A stretch of 64,000 nucleotides of DNA from Candidatus Bathyarchaeia archaeon (GTDB taxonomy: Archaea > Thermoproteota > CALKCG01 > B24 > JAGTQN01), in the NCBI GenBank assembly GCA_038850515.1, contig JAWCLV010000001.1:7155-71154 (forward strand), in the 5' to 3' direction. Each line of letters starts with the position of its first letter. Position 1 is the stretch's first letter. The position numbers were made by a program, and so were the translations under genes. The notes beneath the pieces are model-generated. The model saw only the letters and a list, made by a program, of their open reading frames with translations. It was not told the DNA's origin and searched no databases. This document shows, piece by piece, positions 28,967-39,500 of this stretch.

Positions 28967-30517
28967 TTGCCAACCAATACGGCCACCGAGTCCCATCAGG
29001 ATAGGCTTAAAAGGGCCGTCATATCTGCCCTTAAGCTTGGCTATCAGATCGACCAAGAGGGCTTTGAGTTCCTATCTAGACTTCCACCAGATGTAGACTT
29101 GGATGAGGTTGTCAAGGAAGCCACCAAGGTGGTAGCGACATCGCCAGAGGAGCGTTCCCTTTGGCTTTCAAAAAATCTGCTGGAGGAAGCCTTTAGCATT
29201 TTACGGCCAAAGCAACAAGCCGGCATCGTGGGCTTAGAAGGCGTTGCCAAAGCCCCAAGGATTCCAGCCGCCGAGGTGGAAACGAAGCTCGAGGTTCTTT
29301 TTGATCCTACAGAACTTATGGAGGCCAAGGCATCCTTTGAGGATTTCATCGAATACTTCAGGGATCGATTCAGGCGTCTAGAGAAGATTCTTAGGCAGAG
29401 AATCGATGCCCGAGATGCTGTATCGATACATCAAGCCCTTAAGATGCCTATGGCTAAGGGCGTGAAGGTAATAGGCCTTGTAACCGATAAGCGGACAAGG
29501 GGTGGGATTACCCGCCTAGAGATCGAGGACCTAGAGGCCAGCCTAACGGTCATCGTTCCCCATAATGCAGAGCGCTCCTTGGTTGAGAGAGCCCAGAGGA
29601 TCTTTCTTGATCAAGTAATATGCGTTGTGGGTTCCATGGTAGGGGAGGGAAGAATGGTAGCATCTGAAATACTTTGGCCGGAGGTCCCGGATCACCCCCA
29701 GCGAAAGGCCGAGGACGAGGTTTCGGTGGTCATGACATCAGACCTCCATGTAGGAAGCACCAAATTCATAGGAAGGAGCCTAAATCGTTTCATCCGATGG
29801 CTGAAGGGGGAGCTGGGTACACCATGGGAAAGGGATCTGGCTAGAACCGTGAAATACCTAATCATAGCTGGGGATCTCGTCGATGGCATTGGTATCTATC
29901 CTGAGCAAGAAAAGGAGCTAAACATATCGGATGTCTACGAACAGTATAGGCTTGTGGCTTCCTACCTTCAGCAGATCCCTGAACATGTAGAGATCGTCGC
30001 CATACCAGGAAATCATGATGCCTCTAGACGGTCCCTTCCCCAACCAGCGATTCTTAAGAAGTATGCTGAACCCCTCCTCGGATTAAGGAATCTTCACCTC
30101 CTAGGAAACCCAGCCCGAATAAGGGTTCACGGCCTTGAGTTCCTCCTTTACCATGGAAATAGCCTTCCTGATGTTGTGGCCTCGGCTCCCAATATGTCCT
30201 TCAGCGAACCCCATGAAGCCATGGAGCTTCTTCTGAGGGCTAGGCACCTGTCCCCAATTTATGGAGAGAGGACGCCCATAACCCCCCAAAAAAGGGATTA
30301 TTTGGTCATAGAAGAGCCTCCCGATGTCTTTCAAGCAGGACATGTTCATGTTTACAAGTATAAGACCTATAGGGGAACCTTAATAGTGAATTCTGGCACG
30401 TGGCAAGGGCAGACCGAATATCTTAAGAAGAACGGGATTGATCCGACCCCTGCTCAAGTCCCAATCCTCAACCTATCAACCATGGAAGTTGTATCCTTGG
30501 ACTTCGGAAGTCCTTGA
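28967..30517 (+). CDS. DNA polymerase II (PolD) small subunit DP1, calcineurin-like phosphoesterase domain
   Basis: VVMTSDLHVGS, IIAGDLVDG and IPGNHD are metallophosphatase motifs within a ~500 aa archaeal DP1 architecture (N-terminal helical region plus OB-like fold). TTG start. Confidence 0.8.
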   Translation: MPTNTATESHQDRLKRAVISALKLGYQIDQEGFEFLSRLPPDVDLDEVVKEATKVVATSPEERSLWLSKNLLEEAFSILRPKQQAGIVGLEGVAKAPRIPAAEVETKLEVLFDPTELMEAKASFEDFIEYFRDRFRRLEKILRQRIDARDAVSIHQALKMPMAKGVKVIGLVTDKRTRGGITRLEIEDLEASLTVIVPHNAERSLVERAQRIFLDQVICVVGSMVGEGRMVASEILWPEVPDHPQRKAEDEVSVVMTSDLHVGSTKFIGRSLNRFIRWLKGELGTPWERDLARTVKYLIIAGDLVDGIGIYPEQEKELNISDVYEQYRLVASYLQQIPEHVEIVAIPGNHDASRRSLPQPAILKKYAEPLLGLRNLHLLGNPARIRVHGLEFLLYHGNSLPDVVASAPNMSFSEPHEAMELLLRARHLSPIYGERTPITPQKRDYLVIEEPPDVFQAGHVHVYKYKTYRGTLIVNSGTWQGQTEYLKKNGIDPTPAQVPILNLSTMEVVSLDFGSP

Positions 30518-30602
30518 AGCGTATTTTATTTCTTATGATATTTTTATCAAGGGTAGCGTTTATGCTATTAAGAATTCTTTATACAGAAAGGGAGGGATTT
30601 GA

Positions 30603-31499
30603 GTGAAAGTGAAGCGGGTTGGTTTCATAGGCTTAGGAGTCATGGGAATGCCCATGGCTACGAATATTTTGAAGGCAGGATATCCCCTAACCGTTTGGAA
30701 TAGGACTAGGGAGAAGATGCGAGGTCTCGTCAGCATGGGAGCATTGCCTGGGGAATCTCCAAAGGATGTTGCCGAAAAGTCAGATGTTGTGATAACCATG
30801 GTGGCGGATTCCCCGGATGTGGAGCAAGTTATCCTAGGACCTCAAGGGGTGATAGAAGGAGCCCATCCAGGGCTCATCGTCGTTGACATGAGCACAATAT
30901 CCCCTAGCGTAACCAGAAGGATAGCCAAGGAGCTTGAGAAGAAGGGCATAAGGATGCTGGATGCTCCTGTAAGTGGAGGAGATGTGGGGGCGAAACAAGG
31001 GACCCTTTCCATCATGGTTGGGGGACCTGAGGATGCCTTCAAAGAATGCCTCCCAATTTTCGAGGTCTTGGGGAAGAGAATTACCTATATGGGACCAAGC
31101 GGTTCGGGCCAGATAACAAAGCTATGCAACCAAGTTATATGCGCCCTAAACATCCAAGCAGTATGCGAGGGACTTATGCTCGCGGCCAAGGCTGGACTTG
31201 ATCTCGAAAAAATGCTGAATGTGGTAACGGGAGGGGCTGCCTCATCTTGGATGCTTTCTAATTTGGCTCCAAAAATGATCAAGAGAGATTTCGAGCCTGG
31301 CTTTAAAATAAGCCATCAATTGAAGGATCTACGCCATGCCCTTTCCTTAGCTGAAGATTTGAAGATACCCCTTCCAGGAACGGCTTTAGTCAGCCAATTG
31401 TTCAGAATAGTCGAGGCCTTAGGCATGGGAGATAGGGGAACTTCAGCCGCCATTGTAGGAATGGAAAGGATTTCGGGTTTTGAGATAGAAGCCTCATAG
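30603..31499 (+). CDS. NAD(P)-dependent 3-hydroxyisobutyrate/tartronate-semialdehyde reductase family oxidoreductase
   Basis: RVGFIGLGVMGMPMATN Rossmann; HIBADH/6PGDH-like C-terminal helical domain; GTG start. Confidence 0.85.
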   Translation: MKVKRVGFIGLGVMGMPMATNILKAGYPLTVWNRTREKMRGLVSMGALPGESPKDVAEKSDVVITMVADSPDVEQVILGPQGVIEGAHPGLIVVDMSTISPSVTRRIAKELEKKGIRMLDAPVSGGDVGAKQGTLSIMVGGPEDAFKECLPIFEVLGKRITYMGPSGSGQITKLCNQVICALNIQAVCEGLMLAAKAGLDLEKMLNVVTGGAASSWMLSNLAPKMIKRDFEPGFKISHQLKDLRHALSLAEDLKIPLPGTALVSQLFRIVEALGMGDRGTSAAIVGMERISGFEIEAS

Positions 31500-32117
31500 G
31501 GTGCCTAAGGCTTCTGCCAAGATCCTTGCTATCCTAAGGGGTTCAGGGGTCTTTCCAAGGACCGTAAAGGCTCTAATGAGGGCTTCCGCTTCTTGGGCTT
31601 CCATTCCAAGAGTTTCGTAGAAGATAGGAATCCCTGGATATGCCTCGAAGAATCTTGGATCTCCAGCCTTGCTTATAATATTAAGACGCCTATCCCAGTC
31701 TCTGAAATGCTTTATTAAAGCCGCTTTAACAGCTTCAGGATTGGGTTTAGATCTCAAGACGAGGATTATAGGGCGCTTTGTTACTTCCCTTAGACGCTGG
31801 ACATCTACGACATTAAAACCGGCATAGGCAACTCCATGCAGGAATATTATGTCTTCATCGCTTGAAAGATGCTTCTCCAAGTCTATCATAAGATCCGTGG
31901 CTTCAATACCATCGACCTTAAGATAATCGAAGGCTATCTTCCAAACGATATAGCCCTTAGTAAGAACGGCTAGAAGGGGCGCCCTCCTTTTCTTGGTTCC
32001 AATTCTTTTTGTAAAGGGACCATCTTCGAAGGCTAAGGCCTTGGTTTCCTCGATGTGTTTTCTAGGAATGATCCCCAATACTCGTTTTGAAGGAGAAGGC
32101 AGCAAACACGACCCCAT
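31494..32117 (-). CDS. DUF99/UPF0215 family protein
   Basis: 207 aa with an FEDGPF motif near the N-terminus, as in archaeal UPF0215 proteins. Confidence 0.55.
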   Translation of the reverse strand: MGSCLLPSPSKRVLGIIPRKHIEETKALAFEDGPFTKRIGTKKRRAPLLAVLTKGYIVWKIAFDYLKVDGIEATDLMIDLEKHLSSDEDIIFLHGVAYAGFNVVDVQRLREVTKRPIILVLRSKPNPEAVKAALIKHFRDWDRRLNIISKAGDPRFFEAYPGIPIFYETLGMEAQEAEALIRAFTVLGKTPEPLRIARILAEALGTL

Positions 32118-32140
32118 AGAAGAAATTGGACAGTTAGTGA

Positions 32141-33334
32141 TTATGATAGACGTACCTCTTCCTTTAAAAGGGCTTGAACCTGTTCCATGGGTATGCTTAA
32201 ACGAACCCTTTTTGAGCGACCATGTCTTCCAAGATTTACGAGTTTAGAGTTCACGATTCCCATGGCATCAAGCTCATTTAAGAGACCGCTTACCCTTCTC
32301 TGGGTAAGGGGTTCCATTCCAGCCTTTTTACAAATTCTCTCATAGGTCTCGTAGATATCCCCAGTTAAGGTTTGTTTTGGATTCTCTTGTTGGGTAAAAT
32401 AAACGCTATAGAGGACAAGCCTTTGATGGAGAGGAAGAGTTCTTAGAACTTCCGTGACTCTATCGTGCTCTATTTTCCACTGTGCCTTTCTAACATGATC
32501 CTCTGTGATGGCTCTTCCACCCTCCCGTTCAGCGAGCTCGCCGGCCACTCTAAGTAGGTCCAGTGCCCTTCTAGCATCCCCATGCTCTGCCGCAGCCAAA
32601 GCAGCACATAGCCTTAAGGCCCCTTCTGTAACGCCATCTTGAACTAAAGCTATTTTTGCCCGGTCGAGAAGGATATCGTATAAATCATCTGCCGTATATG
32701 GGTGGAAAACGATTTCTTCCTCACTAAGGCTACTGAGAACCCTTGGATCTAAAAGATCCTTAAAGTTTAGATCATTCGATATTCCTATAAGAACGATCTT
32801 ACCGGTATGAGAGGTTTCATTAACTCTTGTAAGTTCATAAAGAAGCTTATCGCCACTCGATTTTACAAGCATATCTACCTCGTCTAGAACGCTGATAAGA
32901 ATGCCTCCCATAGCTTTGAGACCTTGTTTGAAGCGGTCGAAAACTTCAGCAGTAGCTATTCCTGTAAAAGGGACCGGTACCTTTACTGATTGACTCAGCA
33001 TTGAGAGAACTCGATATTCGCTCCCAGCTACGCGGCAGTTGATATAAGCAACGCTAAGTGGGGTATCTATCTCAGAACTCTTGGCGGACAGATGTTGTAA
33101 GACGAAACGGGTAACCGCCGTCTTACCAGTCCCAGGTTTTCCATATATGAACATGTTTGAGCATCTGGAGCCCTTTAATACGGGAGCTAAAATCCATCCC
33201 AGCTTTCGGATCTGCTCATCTCGATGAGGTAGATTATCGGGAACATAGTCGGGTCGAAGAGCTTCACGGTTCTTCATGATTATGGACTGTTTCAAGAAAT
33301 GGTTAAATATCTCCGATAGAGCAGGGCTCTCCAT
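32141..33334 (-). CDS. cdc6: Orc1/Cdc6 replication initiator (AAA+ plus winged helix)
   Basis: Walker A GKPGTGKTAV, Walker B VLDEVD, and a C-terminal winged-helix region. Confidence 0.9.
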   Translation of the reverse strand: MESPALSEIFNHFLKQSIIMKNREALRPDYVPDNLPHRDEQIRKLGWILAPVLKGSRCSNMFIYGKPGTGKTAVTRFVLQHLSAKSSEIDTPLSVAYINCRVAGSEYRVLSMLSQSVKVPVPFTGIATAEVFDRFKQGLKAMGGILISVLDEVDMLVKSSGDKLLYELTRVNETSHTGKIVLIGISNDLNFKDLLDPRVLSSLSEEEIVFHPYTADDLYDILLDRAKIALVQDGVTEGALRLCAALAAAEHGDARRALDLLRVAGELAEREGGRAITEDHVRKAQWKIEHDRVTEVLRTLPLHQRLVLYSVYFTQQENPKQTLTGDIYETYERICKKAGMEPLTQRRVSGLLNELDAMGIVNSKLVNLGRHGRSKRVRLSIPMEQVQALLKEEVRLS

Positions 33335-34033
33335 GTTCTGTTAAATCATCAGAATTTAATAAAAAAGCTAGTAATACACTAAACTAGACTATTTCATTTA
33401 AACTTCTCAATTAGATTGAGGTTGATGGTGGGAAAAGGGATTCATAACAACATGGAAGATGAATCGCCTACGCCACCATTTCAACTGGAACCTTCCTAAA
33501 GCATTACAGCCTATTGGAGTGGGTTTAAAAAATTTGTATAAAATTTCAATTTCCATTTATAGGAATTTTTAATTTCTAAAAGGCGATTAACAAGTAGACT
33601 CTTTTCTCTCTGAAAAGAGAGAAGGAAAATACTTAGTAAGGAGATGACTCTCGAGTGGAAAACCTGGGGTGGGAATACGTCCCGAAGGCTTTTTTTAAAA
33701 ACCCTAGGGACCATCGAAGAACCTTTTATTGTGAACTATGTGAAACCTTACCCCTCCCTAAAACCCTAGAGACACGATTTCTGCCCCTTCCCGATATGGT
33801 AAACCTTTCACAATGCCATTTGATTGAACCCCTTGATTTCCACTCGAGAATCATAAAGAAAGCTTCAAAATCTCCTTTTTCCATTCCTAGCCCTTGTGAA
33901 ATTGTGAATAGAAAATCCCTTGCAAAAAAGGCTTTTTTCTCTAATCACTGCGAGATTTTATGGTTCTTTCCCTTTACAAGTTCACAAATTGAAATTTCAT
34001 TTAATAAAGAAAACTTTGGGGTCGACTAGGGTT
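33335..34033. promoter_or_regulatory. Candidate replication origin (oriC): ~700 bp AT-rich intergenic region abutting orc1/cdc6, with an ORB-like element
   Basis: ccaccatttcaactggaacc near ~33470-33495 reverse-complements to GTTCCAGTTGAAATGG, close to the archaeal ORB core GTTCCAGTGGAAAC. AT-rich tracts lie at ~33340-33420 and ~33525-33590. A weaker TTCCACTCGAGAA sits near 33835. Confidence 0.45.
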
Positions 34034-34447
34034 ATGGCGCCTTCTAAGCTTCGCTTTCAACTGTACGATTCGGATGGAAATAGGCTTACGATTTCACTTG
34101 AAGGAAATGTATCTAGGGATAAGGTCCTCCAAATTCTAGACCTTTTCGAAATTATGGGAGGGCTCTCACCAAACCCTCCTTTAAAAGGTTTCGAAGCGCA
34201 ACAACCGGATGCTACTAAGCTCGAAAGACTTAAAGGAATAATAAAAGGGCATTTTCCTATTGGATGGTTCTCTTCAAAAGAGATACAATTGGCTTATGAA
34301 GAAACCTATAAAGAGCCCATAGCCCTCAGCACAGTTTCGACTTATCTCCAAAGGCTTTCTGAGGGAGGCTTCCTTATGAAAGCCGGATCCAGAGCAGAAA
34401 GGCGTTATAAAATGGCTAAAGCCTCCCAGATAACGAAGAAGATTTAG
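34034..34447 (+). CDS. Small winged-helix (wHTH) DNA-binding protein
   Basis: The C-terminal FSSKEIQLAYEETYKEPIALSTVSTYLQRLSEGGFLMKAGSRAERRYKMA is a MarR/wHTH-like recognition helix plus wing. I place the start at MAPSKLRF rather than the track's longer ORF. Confidence 0.5.
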   Translation: MAPSKLRFQLYDSDGNRLTISLEGNVSRDKVLQILDLFEIMGGLSPNPPLKGFEAQQPDATKLERLKGIIKGHFPIGWFSSKEIQLAYEETYKEPIALSTVSTYLQRLSEGGFLMKAGSRAERRYKMAKASQITKKI

Positions 34448-35172
34448 ATCTCTTGGGGGAATTTAGCGCTTTCTAGAGCCTTTCTAACCCTTTCATTAAT
34501 TCTATATACGTAAGGAAGTCTTTCCGAATTTCTTTCCACATAGCCCTCCACATACAACTTTTTCATAAGCCGAGCAGTATGCTCCCTAGTTTTTCCAAGA
34601 ACCTGTTCAATTTGCCTGCTTGTCTTTGCACCCTCGCTAGACAAAACCATCAGAACTTTTATTTCCGTTGGTGTTAGTTTAGAAAGAACACCTTTCTCCT
34701 CTAGGATTATATTCTCCTTGCTCTCGCCCCCGAGTCCTTCCTGGCGGAGAATCTCATAATTTTCAAGCTTACTAGCCAAATCCTTCAAATCCTTCCTAAT
34801 TTCTTGGATCTGAGGGATAAGGCGCTCATCCTCGATTTCTTTGAGCTTCACCTCCAAATTTCTCAGCCTACTCTCATATGCTAGGGTGTGATGCAACACT
34901 TTCCTTGTGGCTTCCAAAGAAAGAATCATGCTTTTTTCCAAGTCCTCAATCCTAGCCCCCCTTAATTCATCCCTACGGACAAGTTTGTTTATAGCAATCG
35001 TGTTCTCCGAAGTATCTTGCCTTAGGATCTCTAGTTGACTTTCTTGCTTTGCAAGACGCTCATTGAAGGCCTTTACAACATATTTTGATAGCTCCCTAGT
35101 ACCTCTTCCCCTCAACCAAATGAGGCTATACATGATGGAGATGGATATACCAAAGGCTCCTATGGTTACCAA
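34444..35172 (-). CDS. Membrane-anchored coiled-coil protein with C-terminal wHTH domain (putative transcriptional regulator)
   Basis: N-terminal TM (VTIGAFGISISIMYSLIWL), a long heptad-like charged region, and C-terminal LTPTEIKVLMVLSSEGAKTSRQIEQVLGKTREHTARLMKKLYVEGYVER (MarR-like). Confidence 0.55.
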   Translation of the reverse strand: MVTIGAFGISISIMYSLIWLRGRGTRELSKYVVKAFNERLAKQESQLEILRQDTSENTIAINKLVRRDELRGARIEDLEKSMILSLEATRKVLHHTLAYESRLRNLEVKLKEIEDERLIPQIQEIRKDLKDLASKLENYEILRQEGLGGESKENIILEEKGVLSKLTPTEIKVLMVLSSEGAKTSRQIEQVLGKTREHTARLMKKLYVEGYVERNSERLPYVYRINERVRKALESAKFPQEI

Positions 35173-35186
35173 AATGGCTAGGGGGT

Positions 35187-35798
35187 CTATGAGGAATCAC
35201 CTCCTTTAATTAGCTGAAAGCCCTCACCCCTCTTCAGAAGGGCGAGGATCAAATCAATCTTCGTTATGATTCCAACAAGTCTCTTCCCTTCCATGACCAA
35301 CAAGGCTGGTGTACCCTTCGATAGAAGGATGATGAGATCTTCAACGGGGGTATCAGGACTTATGGAAGGAAAAGGCTCCTCCATGAACTTATCGACAGAC
35401 TCCTGAAAAAGACCAGATACGTCCTTTACTTGGGCTATTTTTTGGATAATTGTAGATTCTTGAATACTTCCAACAACGGACCCTGCCCGCATAACCGGCA
35501 ATTGAGAGATATCATACTTCTTCATAAGCTCCACAGCCACCCTCAGGGGTTGTGATCCGCTCACAGAGATCACAGGGCTTCTCATGATATCACGGGCATA
35601 TGTTGAATGGATTACCAAAGAATTGAGGACATCTATAATTTTTCGTAGGGTAGATGTGCGAGGATCCACGGATCCCCTTTCTATTCTAGATATGAGGGAT
35701 TGACTTAATCCGGTTCTCTCGGCTAAGGCTTTCTGAGTTAGGCGAGCTGCAACCCTCATTTCCCGGAGAGTGTGACCTGTTGGTATCACATGTGACAT
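35187..35798 (-). CDS. XRE-family HTH plus CBS-pair transcriptional regulator
   Basis: LTQKALAERTGLSQSLISRIERG (HTH_XRE) followed by two CBS motifs. Confidence 0.75.
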   Translation of the reverse strand: MSHVIPTGHTLREMRVAARLTQKALAERTGLSQSLISRIERGSVDPRTSTLRKIIDVLNSLVIHSTYARDIMRSPVISVSGSQPLRVAVELMKKYDISQLPVMRAGSVVGSIQESTIIQKIAQVKDVSGLFQESVDKFMEEPFPSISPDTPVEDLIILLSKGTPALLVMEGKRLVGIITKIDLILALLKRGEGFQLIKGGDSS

Positions 35799-36012
35799 TC
35801 TAAGATCTCATATAATGCTACATGTGAGGTCTAAATAAGCCTTACTTCCGAGCGCATCCAAATGCTTAGGGATAGTTTAAAGATCTCGAGAACAAATGCA
35901 TCCGTAGATCGAGGATCCGCCTCTGTTCGTATAAAGAGAAAGACAGAGAATCCATTTGACAAGGAATAGAAATGATTATATATTGATAATATTAGGTTCT
36001 TTTGGAAAATGA

Positions 36013-36066
36013 TATTCAAAATTTTTCGAATAAGGGTTATATATTTGAATACAATTTAGTATTCAA
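36013..36066. promoter_or_regulatory. Pair of inverted repeats sharing a TATTCAAA half-site upstream of the 36076 gene
   Basis: TTGAATAC-aatttag-TATTCAA (~36045-36066) and the imperfect tattcaaaatttttcgaata (~36013-36032). Confidence 0.35.
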
Positions 36067-36075
36067 AGAAAGAAG

Positions 36076-36570
36076 ATGGATTCGCTCCAGAAGGATTTTA
36101 GTGAAAAATTGAAAACTATTACAACAGACCCGCTCCTTTCCATACTTCTTTCCCAGAGCCATCTTACCGAAAAACAATTACAAGCCATACTTATTGACCT
36201 TTTTTTCTCAAAAAACTCACAAAAAAGAATTTCTTCGAGTGAAAAAGCTCAAATAATGCCTAAAAAATTGAAAAGAGGAGCATATAATAGGATATTGAAT
36301 CAGGGAAGGAGGAACATCATAAGGGCTTTCTTCACGATCTATTTACTCGGTTACCTTGAAATCTTGGATCTGGAAGACCTGGAGGCTCATATCACCTTAG
36401 GGAAGGGGATAAAAGCCTATATAGAAACATATAGAGAAGCCCTAGCACGAGGTTTTTCCTCGGAAGAGGCTAAACGGCTTCAAATGATCTATAAGGAACT
36501 CATCGAGAAAGTAAAATATTTAGCTAAACCGATTTCCCTTAAGGGAAGCTCAGGATCACAAAATATGTGA
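36076..36570 (+). CDS. Hypothetical small protein, translationally coupled to the downstream giant FtsX-fusion gene
   Basis: 164 aa. Its stop overlaps the next start (ATGA at 36567). The basic region KKLKRGAYNRILNQGRRNIIRAF could bind nucleic acid. A palindromic operator-like site lies upstream. Confidence 0.5.
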   Translation: MDSLQKDFSEKLKTITTDPLLSILLSQSHLTEKQLQAILIDLFFSKNSQKRISSSEKAQIMPKKLKRGAYNRILNQGRRNIIRAFFTIYLLGYLEILDLEDLEAHITLGKGIKAYIETYREALARGFSSEEAKRLQMIYKELIEKVKYLAKPISLKGSSGSQNM

Positions 36571-39500
36571 CATCACAGATCACAAGAAATGAAAAGGAAA
36601 TTTTTATATCCCATGAATTTTTTCATTATAGAGCTCTTTGCCAGAGGGTCTTACGAGTGTACAAAGCTAAGCTAAAATTACCGCCCCTCATCATACTCTT
36701 GGCATTTATGTTTTCGGTATTCGCATCACCATCGTATGCCTTTCAAGGAACAACCCTAAACATCTACGGCTTCGTAAAGGACTATAGGGGAATACCTATA
36801 CCGAATGCAACCCTTGTTATCCTCGACTGGACAACACTACAATACCGTCTTTGCTCGACAGACGCCAAAGGATACTACTCCCTTGAGGTCCCTCATATCG
36901 ATTATTACGGAACCCATCAATACATTGTATATGCTTTGCATTTCGACAATAATGGAACGATAGATTATGTTCCAGCCGTATATCCTACAAACCTATACGA
37001 TCCCTATGCTAGGATAACGACCTCTAGGGAGGTTTCCTTTCAACTTTTCCCAGGCGCTTCGATAACAGTAAAGGGGAGCCTCTGGTATGTCCTAAGCTCC
37101 CAAGTCCCGCGATGGTATACCTTAGAAGTCATCGATGCTACCACAGGAGGGTCGTACATTTTCGAAAACTCCATCCCTGTCTTCGGGAATCCCCCATATC
37201 GCTATGGAATAGGCTGTGATGTCCGCTTTATCCCTCAATCCCTAATAAATAGGCAAACGGTTGTGATACCGGCCGATAAACCTACCTACATTCTCGTGAA
37301 GGCTGAGTTCTTCAACGACAGGACAAATCGCTTCCAAACAGTTTCCTTCCTCATAGGATCTGAGGAAGGAGCCTTCACCCTTAGAAAAGGAGAACGTGCC
37401 ACGATGGACATTAGCGTTTATTCTGCTACCTTCAACCTAGAGGTTCTTTTAGGTTTAGTGAAGGAAATTGAGGGGAAAATCACGGAGGCAGAGCGCGTAG
37501 GCTTCTTTGTGGGAGGGGAAAGGGACGATCTTCGAAAGATAGGAATGACCCTCTCAAGAGCCCAAGCGAACCTTCCCCCTGTCAATCCAAATCCAGATGA
37601 GGATACTCTGCGACAGACTCGCTTCCTTCTCCTCGAGAAGTCCTATAATGATCTGAAACTTCTGGAAAGGCGTGTGGATCCAAACACGGGTGATATGTAC
37701 GTCATCTCCCAATCTCACTCAGTTTTCTTTCCACCTTTCTTCGCCGTCTTTGCAGTCATCTTGGCTTCTTTCCTTTTCGAGAATAATCGAAGAAAGATAG
37801 CCACCTCGATGATAATCTATCCTCTTATGATAGTGGGACTTTACTTCGTATACCCTGGGGTGAAGGTAATCTTCAACACCGAAGTCGTTATTGGGATCAA
37901 GGGATTCTGGACCGTTTCCATTCAGGGTGGAATCTTTTTCTTCAGCATCGTCATCCTTGCCATTATTGCCAGTCTCTTAGCCTTCTTCCTCTTCCCTAAG
38001 GTTTACAGGGAGCCCATTGTAGAAGGAAGGGCACCCCTTACTAGCGTCCTTTCAACAATCTTTTCCATCGGTAAAAGAAACGTTAAGCGCCGAAAGCTTA
38101 GAAGCTCCCTTGCCATCATTGCCATCATGATCCTCATAACTGGCTTTACAGCCCTTACTTCCCTTTCTTGGATCTACGGTCTTGTGAAGGAGACGCCAAA
38201 ACCCGTCAACACCTCGGCTGCAGGGGTCCTTATTATGAAGATTCCGAGTAACGAGACCCGTCCACACCTACGTTCCCAATTATTCAATTCCTTGGAGAAT
38301 GCCTCCCTTTTCGATTATGGAGCCCTTTCCTTAGTACCTAAGGTGGAGAATATCCCATCCCCCGATCCCGTGCTTTTTGTGAAGGCATCCAAAAGTGCGG
38401 CTCAGCCTTTACCCATTTATGGAGTCCTGGGAATAGCCCCAAGTCTCGAGGAAGGTCTAACGGGGGTTGGTCGGTTCATCGTAGGAGGCGAGCTTAGGGA
38501 TGACGACGAAGAGGGCGTCGTTATGAGTAGGAAGCTGGCTGATGCCTTGGGTGTACGGATAGGGGGGACCATAGAGGTCTATAGATCCGATATGAGCGTT
38601 GTCAAAAACTTTACCTTAAGGGCTTTCTTGGAAGATGGCTTCTTCGAAAGCCTTGACCTTGATGGGAATAGCCTTCCCCCTTCAAAACTCAAAGGTTCAG
38701 ATATCGTGAAAACAAACCAAACGGAGACCTTGCTCTTCACACCAAAGGCTGCGCTAAAAATATATGAAGAGGAAAAGTCCGGAATAGGGATCTCAAGGAT
38801 CTTTGTCAAGCTATCTTCTACATCCGAGGAGACTCTTTCCGAATTTGCCCAAGCCATGGTTCATAAAGGCTATACGGCCTGGGTCTTTAGAAACGGAATG
38901 GCGACAAAGTATTACATAGGATCCGTCTTTAAAGTGGAAGGCTTAGAGCAGTTTCTCATACCCTTTGTCCTCGTTGTGCTTAATGTAAGCCTTGTTATGA
39001 TGAACCTTCTCCACGAAAGGGCTAAGGAAGTTAGCATCCTTTCCATGGTTGGACTGAACCCCGGCCATATAGCGACGGTTTTTATGGCAGAATCCATAGT
39101 CATGGGCCTTGTAGGCGGCGGCTTAGGCTACTTCCTTGGTTTAGGTATGTACCGTCTTATGTCCTTCCTCTCGCCAGAAAGCCAGATAGCAGTCAGGGAG
39201 AAGCTGGAGTGGTACTGGGGCGTCGTTTCGATTGCGATAGCCCTTCTCGTAGCCGTCGTATCAGCCATACGCCCAGCCATAAAGGCTGCCATGTTGGCGA
39301 CCCCATCTATGGTGAGGAAGATGAAGGTCACCCAAGAGGAACGCCTGAAGAGGGATAAGGAGATCTTCAAGGTCTATTTGGGCCGAGAATTCGGGCTTCC
39401 GATAAGGGTTCACGAAAGGGAGGAACCCTTCTTCTCTTCCTACTTAACGGATAGACTAAGGGAGCTTATGACAGGTCTCTACGATAGAGTGGAGGAATTC

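Noticed and set aside
33655-34029. 124 aa ORF inside the putative origin region
   Set aside because: It lies in the AT-rich intergenic region adjacent to orc1/cdc6, has no recognisable motifs and has an odd composition. It is more likely non-coding origin DNA. The following real gene most plausibly starts at 34034.
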